NCBI GenBank assembly: GCA_016839585.1
Contig: JAEOTZ010000086.1
Span: forward strand, 1-13,010
Length of the DNA stretch: 13,010 bases
DNA from: Promethearchaeota archaeon
Lineage (GTDB): Archaea > Asgardarchaeota > Lokiarchaeia > Sigyniarchaeales > SOKP01
Reading direction: 5' to 3'
How positions within the stretch are numbered: the stretch's first letter is position 1; each line of letters starts with the position of its first letter. A program made the position numbers and the translations under genes. Under the pieces are notes generated by a model. It did not search any database, was not told the origin of the DNA, and worked only from the letters and a program-made list of their open reading frames with translations. Below are positions 7,297-13,010 of the stretch, piece after piece.

Positions 7297-7635
7297 TTAA
7301 AATTTATTTATTATAGAAATAACTGATTTTTTCAATTTCGGTAAATCTACTTTAATAGCTTCCCACGTAAGTTCTAAATCCACTCCGAAGTATTGATGGA
7401 TTAAAAGATCTCTCATTCCTGTAATTTCTTTCCAAGGGATCTCTTTATAATTGTCCTTAAAATCGCTAGGGATATTTTTAATAGCTTCCCCTATAATTTC
7501 TATCCTTCTAATTACAGAGTCTTGTAATTGCTTAGATTCTAGGAAATCTGATTTCTTTTTGCCCTTAATATACTCTTCAATTAAATTAATCGCTTCTAGA
7601 ATGTGTTCTAAAAAAATTTTTACATTTTTTTTCAT
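7297..7635 (-). CDS. hepT: HepT-like HEPN RNase toxin (DUF86)
   Basis: EIIGEA..., IPWKEITGMRDLLIHQY (Rx4HxY); 4-bp ATGA overlap with the upstream MNT gene. Confidence 0.92.
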   Translation of the reverse strand: MKKNVKIFLEHILEAINLIEEYIKGKKKSDFLESKQLQDSVIRRIEIIGEAIKNIPSDFKDNYKEIPWKEITGMRDLLIHQYFGVDLELTWEAIKVDLPKLKKSVISIINKF

Positions 7636-7919
7636 AAAATCTCAACTTGTTCAGCTAAAATTTGATCTTTTAATAAGGGATGAAGAGAATTATACGTAAG
7701 TACATCAACTTTACGTTTTAACACTTCCTCAAGTTCTATTTTTAACCTTGCTAAATCTAATAAGCTTTTAGTCCCTCTAAATTCTATTAATATATCTAGA
7801 TCGCTCTCATCAGTCATTTCTTCTCTTACTATAGAGCCAAATAAGGAGGCTCTTTTAACGTCATGCTCTCTTAATTTCTCCAAAATTTTTTCTTTAAACT
7901 TTTCAATTTGAGATACCAT
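7632..7919 (-). CDS. mntA: MntA-like minimal nucleotidyltransferase antitoxin
   Basis: LFGSIVREEMTDESDLD (GSx10DxD) and KVDV third Asp; 95 aa. Confidence 0.92.
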   Translation of the reverse strand: MVSQIEKFKEKILEKLREHDVKRASLFGSIVREEMTDESDLDILIEFRGTKSLLDLARLKIELEEVLKRKVDVLTYNSLHPLLKDQILAEQVEIL

Positions 7920-8028
7920 GTTTATTTATCAGACTATTCTTATGTTTATTTTTTCTTTATTTAGTATTATCTTAGCTAAGCTTAAAAAATTTATCTATTA
8001 AAAGTCCAAAAATTAATTGTAATAATAG

Positions 8029-8604
8029 CTATATTACACTGGGTTTACTAAACCTAACAAATTTCTGAGGATTTAGAGCATATCCTTTCTCATCGATTCT
8101 TCCACACCTTTTTAGTATCTCATTTGGAATCGGATTATTTCCAATTCTAAGATTCTTTAAATTTTTAAGACATTCAAGCCCTTCTATGGTTGTTATTGAA
8201 TTATCATAAAGATTGAGACTAAAAAGATTTGTCAGAGTATTCAACCCTTTAATTTTTTTAATTTCATTATCCTCTAAAGACAGATTTTCTAATGCTCTCA
8301 ATTGTTCTAAGCCTTTAATTTCATTTATTTTGTTCTCAGAAAGATACAATATCCTTAAATTTTTCAAATTCTCCAAACCAGTAATTTCTTCTATTTTATT
8401 TCCATATAAGTTCAATTTCTCCAATTTTACCAAAGTTTTTAAATTCTTGATGGAAGAAATATTATTATTAAATAGAATAAGGTTTTTTAAATTCTTTAAC
8501 TCTTCTAAGCCTTTGATTTGAGTTAAGTCATCGATTTGCATATTGCTCAAATACAATGTTCCATTTTTAACTCTTACTTTCTTAACTTTTACTCGTGCAA
8601 ACAT
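8029..8604 (-). CDS. Stand-alone leucine-rich repeat protein (SDS22-like, 22-aa repeats)
   Basis: About six 22-aa repeats LxxLxxLxxLxLxxNxIxxIxG plus a partial first repeat and a short C-cap. No signal peptide or TM segment seen. Confidence 0.92.
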   Translation of the reverse strand: MFARVKVKKVRVKNGTLYLSNMQIDDLTQIKGLEELKNLKNLILFNNNISSIKNLKTLVKLEKLNLYGNKIEEITGLENLKNLRILYLSENKINEIKGLEQLRALENLSLEDNEIKKIKGLNTLTNLFSLNLYDNSITTIEGLECLKNLKNLRIGNNPIPNEILKRCGRIDEKGYALNPQKFVRFSKPSVI

Positions 8605-8828
8605 TCTCAGATTTAGTTAGATTTAATATTCATGAATTGATCTTCTATCAAAGTTATAAGGAATATGAGTCCGAAAATAACCGCATATTGAAATTAAGTA
8701 ATCAATAGAAGAATATTTATCTCCATTTTATTTATTAATTCTAATTGATAATATTTCTATAAAGAATGTTAATTTATGCTCTTGAATTCTTTTCTTGAGA
8801 AAAGGATTGTATAAAAAAGGTCATAAAA

Positions 8829-9125
8829 ATGGTACACGATAAAGAAGAAATTCTCATAATGCTTAGAAAACTAAAGGCTGAAATCAAGAAAAAATATAAA
8901 GTAAAAAGTATTGGATTGTTCGGCTCATATGTAAATAATAAGCAAAAAGAAACAAGTGATATCGATTTTTTGATTGAATTTGAAGATGATGCTGATTTAT
9001 TCCATTATATTGGGTTATCCCTCTATTTAGAAGATCATTTTAATACAAAAGTTGATGTGATATCAAAACCCGCTCTGAAAAAAGAATTAAGGGAACAAAT
9101 TCTTCAAGAGGTAATATATGTCTAA
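8829..9125 (+). CDS. mntA: MntA-like minimal nucleotidyltransferase antitoxin
   Basis: LFGSYVNNKQKETSDID (GSx10DxD), KVDV; 98 aa. Confidence 0.92.
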   Translation: MVHDKEEILIMLRKLKAEIKKKYKVKSIGLFGSYVNNKQKETSDIDFLIEFEDDADLFHYIGLSLYLEDHFNTKVDVISKPALKKELREQILQEVIYV

Positions 9126-9456
9126 AAATTTTACAATTTACTTAAATGATATTAGAGAAGCAATAAATAGCATAGAAATTTTTGTAGAAGGAATGACCTT
9201 TGAAGAATTTAAAAATGATGATAAAACTTCGAGTGCAGTTATTCGAAAATTTGAAATAATTGGAGAAGCAACTAAGAATCTTCCTGAAGATATGAAAAAT
9301 CAACATTCGCAAATACCTTGGAAAGAAATTGCGGGAATGAGAGATAAATTAATTCATGCTTATTCTGAAGTTGATTTAAAATTAGTTTGGATGACTATTA
9401 AACAAAGATTACCTGAATTAAAATCTGTTATTGAAAAAATATCAGAAAATAATTAG
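9118..9456 (+). CDS. hepT: HepT-like HEPN RNase toxin (DUF86)
   Basis: FEIIGEA, IPWKEIAGMRDKLIHAY (Rx4HxY); 8-bp overlap with the MNT gene, with GAGGT upstream. Confidence 0.92.
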   Translation: MSKNFTIYLNDIREAINSIEIFVEGMTFEEFKNDDKTSSAVIRKFEIIGEATKNLPEDMKNQHSQIPWKEIAGMRDKLIHAYSEVDLKLVWMTIKQRLPELKSVIEKISENN

Positions 9457-9714
9457 ATTGATTATAGCAATTGCAATATGGTATGTGGAAAGAAGGTTGT
9501 ATAGGGAATCTCTTTTAGATTGTTTTTAGTAAATTTTTTTATGTTTCGGATTTAATATTCGAATTTGACAAAAGTATCTAAATTGTTAAATCCCATTATT
9601 TCTTAATAATAAATAGAACAGATTTTTATATGCTGAATATAACGTATAGAAAAATTTAAAAAATTTAAATCCCATATTATTTATGGTTAATATGGTGAAA
9701 GAAACAAAATTAAA

Positions 9715-10227
9715 TTGGTGATTAAGATACTTAATGAAAATAATATCCAAAAAAATGATGAAATATTATTTACAGAATGGGTTCCAGCTGGAAGATTTAT
9801 AAAAGCTTTAATGTTATTTGCATGTATATTAATTGGTTCTCTCGGGATTATAGTTACTGCTTTCATACCCATAGAATTGGCATTTATAGGGATTATATGC
9901 GGTGCTGTAAGTTTGTTTATTTTTCTTATGTATTGGAACTATAGAGGATTAAAAATTACCTTAACCAGTAATCAACTCGAATTAGCATATGGTATTTTTA
10001 ACCATAAAAGAATTCCCATAAAAAAAATAACCAGTTGTGATAAAACTAAAGCAAATTTTAGAACTTACGGTGGAGTAGGAATTCGATTTGGAGTAGATGG
10101 TTCATGGGCCTATAACACAGATTTCGGAGAGGCTGTAAAATTAACCTTTCAATCTGGCAGACCATTTGTTTTCTCTACAAAAAATTCGGAACAAATATGC
10201 AATCTAATAAATGGATTATCGAATTAA
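9715..10227 (+). CDS. Membrane protein, 2 TM plus a probable bacterial-type PH domain
   Basis: Two TM helices followed by a beta-rich domain (LKITLTSNQLELAYG..RIPI; YGGVGIR; FVFSTKNSEQI). The start codon is uncertain (TTG 9715 or GTG 9718). Confidence 0.65.
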   Translation: MVIKILNENNIQKNDEILFTEWVPAGRFIKALMLFACILIGSLGIIVTAFIPIELAFIGIICGAVSLFIFLMYWNYRGLKITLTSNQLELAYGIFNHKRIPIKKITSCDKTKANFRTYGGVGIRFGVDGSWAYNTDFGEAVKLTFQSGRPFVFSTKNSEQICNLINGLSN

Positions 10228-10241
10228 AAATAAATATCAAA

Positions 10242-11507
10242 TCAAACATCAAAAGCCCATTCTCCATTTCGCATTATTGGTTCTGTGGTTTCATCTTCCA
10301 ATATTCCATCTACATTCATTTCTCCCGAACCGATCATAAAATCAAGATGGATAAGGCTATTATTGCCCCCGGCAGCCATGAATTCTTCATCAGTTAATTC
10401 TTTACCATTTTTCAATGAATCTCTGTAAGCTTGACCTAGTGCGATATGATTTGAAGCATTTTCATCAATCAGCATGCTATAAAAAAGTAATCCTGACTGG
10501 GAGATCGGCGAACTATGTGGTACTAAGGCGACCTCTCCTAAACTACGTGCCCCCTCATCTGTTTCAAGCGTTTGAAGTATGAATTCCTCACCCCTTTCTG
10601 CTTGAGCTTCAACTATTTGGCCTTTAGAGAACTTTAAAACACAATTTTCGATTGTGCACCCCCCATAATATACTGGCTTAGTAGTACTGACAATCCCTTC
10701 AACTTTATCTTTATGTGGCATTGTAAAAACTTCTTCAGTAGGTATATTAGCTGTAAAAGCTATACCATTCTGGGCAGTTCCCCTCCCACCTTCCCAATAG
10801 TGGTCTTTAGGTAAACCAATCATTAAATCTGTCCCAGGAGCAGTTAATTTTAATGCAGTATACTGCTTTTGATTTAAATAATTACAGCGTTTAACGAGGT
10901 TATCATTATGTTTTTCCCAGGCAGCAATTGGATCTTCTTGATTTATTCGACAAATCTCAAAGATTATATCCCAAAGTTTGTTCTTACGACTATTTTGAGG
11001 AACATCTGGGAAAAGTTTATCCGCCCAATCATCATTTGGGACTGAAGCTACTAACCAGTTAAATGCATTACTCGTAAGTAAATCATAAACATGTTTCATT
11101 TGCTTATAATATGAGGTTTGGAACTGGGAAATTAATTCAGGTTCCACTTCGCTCAGTAAATCAGGATTCGGACTTGTAAAGTTAAGATTCGCATCCCCTG
11201 CTTTAGAAATATCATATCTCGCATCTATTCTCCATTTCGGGTATTCTTCAATTGAATCTTTAGGAGCATTCTGAAATCGGATTAAACGCAATTGCTTATC
11301 ACCCCATACCACATCAACCAAGCGAGCTCCCATCTGATATGCCTTCTTAGCAAGTAATCTTACTAAAGGAGCAGATTCAAGCGGAACTCCATCAGCATCC
11401 AACGTAGGACCTCCAATCAGAAGTCGCTGCCCAGGTTGGAGATTTAACCCCACTTTTAATAAGACTTCAGCATATTTTTCTAATTTTTGTTCGAATTCAG
11501 ACGACAT
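10242..11507 (-). CDS. ampS: M29-family aminopeptidase (AmpS/AmpT/PepS type)
   Basis: LEKYAEVLLKVGLNLQPGQ N-terminus; metal/catalytic motifs NIPTEEVFT, LGEVALVPH, LFY..LIDENASNHIALG and SLIHLDFMIG. Confidence 0.95.
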   Translation of the reverse strand: MSSEFEQKLEKYAEVLLKVGLNLQPGQRLLIGGPTLDADGVPLESAPLVRLLAKKAYQMGARLVDVVWGDKQLRLIRFQNAPKDSIEEYPKWRIDARYDISKAGDANLNFTSPNPDLLSEVEPELISQFQTSYYKQMKHVYDLLTSNAFNWLVASVPNDDWADKLFPDVPQNSRKNKLWDIIFEICRINQEDPIAAWEKHNDNLVKRCNYLNQKQYTALKLTAPGTDLMIGLPKDHYWEGGRGTAQNGIAFTANIPTEEVFTMPHKDKVEGIVSTTKPVYYGGCTIENCVLKFSKGQIVEAQAERGEEFILQTLETDEGARSLGEVALVPHSSPISQSGLLFYSMLIDENASNHIALGQAYRDSLKNGKELTDEEFMAAGGNNSLIHLDFMIGSGEMNVDGILEDETTEPIMRNGEWAFDV

Positions 11508-11755
11508 TAGCTTTTAAATCTCATTTTTACTTTTATTAAGGTTAGGTGAATATAATTAAAAAGGATTTAGAAATAGGTCTTTTTTAGTTCAATCTAATTA
11601 TATAGAGTTTAAGAATGAAAAATCTCTTATTGAATTAAGTTCTTCTCACTTGAAGTAAAAATGCATTTTAATTATATTAGATGTATTTAAAACATATCAG
11701 AAAAAATCCTAAGATTATAACAAATTTCGATTTTCTTATGAAATATTAAACGAGG

Positions 11756-12325
11756 TTAAGTTGAGTTTTTGTTTTCTTCGAATAACCTTGGTAAAAAATT
11801 GACAAATTCACCCATCTCTTCTTTGTTATGCTTGCGTAGCGCTTCGATAAACTGTTTTGGAACTCTGGCAGGTAATCGAAACGTTGTGCGTAACTTTGTT
11901 CCATTTTCAATTGATTCATATTCGTGTAAAGCCCAACTTGTTGGATTGTTATTGTGATCAAGAATACTCCCTACTAATGCGTGGTCATACTCAATTGGTA
12001 TTGGTGAAGTACTCGGATCTTCCCATCGGATTCTTAAAGTAGTAGGGAGCCCACCAATATTTTCATCAACCCTATGAATCGCCCCAATATGACCTTTTTT
12101 AGGGGAAACTTCCCACTGAAAAGATTGATGGTCTTTCGGGTGCCATAATTTATAGCGCTTGGTTGTATCTATATTATCCCACCACCATTCTATCATTTCT
12201 GGTGTAACTCCATGCAATATGTGATCGACTACTAAATCCATCGTTTGACCTTTTGACATCTTAAGTATTTGTTCCATAATTTTATTTGATTCGTTACTTG
12301 GAGGCTCTTTTGACATGTTTTTCAA
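11756..12325 (-). CDS. DAPG hydrolase (PhlG)/phloretin hydrolase-family protein (Bet v1/START-like fold)
   Basis: GVTPEMIEWWW...RYKLWHPKDH, HRVDENIG and C-terminal HNKEEM (HxxxE) putative metal ligands. ATG alternative at 12316. Confidence 0.8.
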   Translation of the reverse strand: MKNMSKEPPSNESNKIMEQILKMSKGQTMDLVVDHILHGVTPEMIEWWWDNIDTTKRYKLWHPKDHQSFQWEVSPKKGHIGAIHRVDENIGGLPTTLRIRWEDPSTSPIPIEYDHALVGSILDHNNNPTSWALHEYESIENGTKLRTTFRLPARVPKQFIEALRKHNKEEMGEFVNFLPRLFEENKNST

Positions 12326-12496
12326 AACAACTTAATAATAATAACTAATGATTTGTTGTTTTTATTTGATACTTTATTATTTACTTCAGAAATTTAAACA
12401 ATACTTCGTTAAACTTATCAGGTTCCAGAATCAAAAATCTTTTAATCAATTAAATTCTTATCTTCATTAACAAAATGCCGTAAAAATGTATGAAAT

Positions 12497-12856
12497 ATGG
12501 TTCTTTCAATAATTAGTGGAATATACGCACTAGTGATAGGAATCGGGATTTTAGGACTTTGGACAATGTTGCTTCTAACAAAACAGGTACCAGAATTAGA
12601 AACTGAACCTGTAGCATTAGCATTTCATTTAACTGCTGAAATTATCATGGGGATTCTCTCTCTCGTAAGCGGAATTTTTCTTCTAATTGGTATCTCTTGG
12701 GCACCTTATTTCTTTATTCTAGCAATGGGATTAGTAATTTATGCCGTAATCAATGCAGCAGGTTACTATGGACAAAAAAAACAATGGGCATTTGCGATTA
12801 TGTTTGGAATAATTCTTATTGCTTCAGTTAGCCTTGTAATATTGAACGGATTCTAA
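12497..12856 (+). CDS. Hypothetical 4-TM membrane protein
   Basis: 119 aa with four hydrophobic segments and an intramembrane HLTAE motif. Confidence 0.75.
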   Translation: MVLSIISGIYALVIGIGILGLWTMLLLTKQVPELETEPVALAFHLTAEIIMGILSLVSGIFLLIGISWAPYFFILAMGLVIYAVINAAGYYGQKKQWAFAIMFGIILIASVSLVILNGF

Positions 12857-12884
12857 TAGTTTTTTTATTATTATGGTGCGCTCT

Positions 12885-13010
12885 CTATACTTTCTTAGGA
12901 AATGTCCTCAATCTTAGAATAGTTTCATCCCCCTTAGCCCAGTTCTTCAGATTAGCCAATCTTTCACCATGATCACCATGTTCAGGATGATCGAATGCTT
13001 GTTGAAGCTC
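12885..13010 (-). CDS. 3' end of a gene starting beyond the window (hypothetical)
   Basis: Open frame from the window edge: ...ELQQAFDHPEHGDHGERLANLKNWAKGDETILRLRTFPKKV* (TAG at 12885-12887), with higher GC than the intergenic DNA. Confidence 0.6.
   Translation of the reverse strand, partial: ELQQAFDHPEHGDHGERLANLKNWAKGDETILRLRTFPKKV

Noticed and set aside
7451-8521. Plus-strand ORFs 7451..7699 and 8213..8521
   Set aside because: Antisense shadows of the HEPN/MNT and LRR genes; the periodicity merely mirrors the LRR codons.
2083-8604. Split Roco (LRR-Roc-COR) protein from the GTPase and LRR genes
   Set aside because: The GTPase has MglA-type rather than Roc motifs, there is no COR domain, and the genes are more than 5 kb apart on opposite strands.
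7297-9456. Composite transposon or invertible segment bounded by the two TA pairs
   Set aside because: The pairs are too diverged to be terminal inverted repeats, and no recombinase, transposase or target-site duplication was seen.
9586-9675. Direct repeat TTAAATCCCAT at 9586 and 9665
   Set aside because: Only two 11-bp copies in very AT-rich DNA. Too short for CRISPR, and no element lies between them to make it a target-site duplication.
9687-10397. ORFs 9687..9872 (-) and 10197..10397 (+)
   Set aside because: They overlap stronger genes and show no motif support.
11746-12042. ORFs 11746..11961, 11769..11957 and 11857..12042
   Set aside because: Alternative-frame or antisense shadows of the PhlG-like gene.

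Overview
AT-rich, gene-dense window with no rRNA, tRNA, CRISPR array or transposase. An MglA-like small GTPase, a stand-alone SDS22-type LRR protein, paired MNT-HEPN modules and a GGTGA-type ribosome-binding site suggest an archaeon, probably Asgard/Lokiarchaeia; this taxonomy is inferred, not proven. In order the window holds: PIN/VapC nuclease; Fpg/MutM glycosylase; an unannotated 51-aa DUF4177-like gene; a small membrane protein; a co-oriented cluster (MglA-like GTPase, two paralogous stand-alone topoisomerase-type C4 zinc-ribbon array proteins, single-HKD PLD nuclease with a double C4 zinc finger); CPBP/CAAX protease; Eis-like GNAT; two divergent MntA-HepT toxin-antitoxin pairs bracketing an LRR gene; a PH-like membrane protein; M29 aminopeptidase; PhlG-family hydrolase; a 4-TM protein; and the 3' end of a minus-strand gene. 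The best candidate for an undescribed system is the GTPase / zinc-ribbon-array / PLD-nuclease cluster at 2083-4939, set among three toxin-type modules. All family calls come from motifs read by eye; no searches were run.
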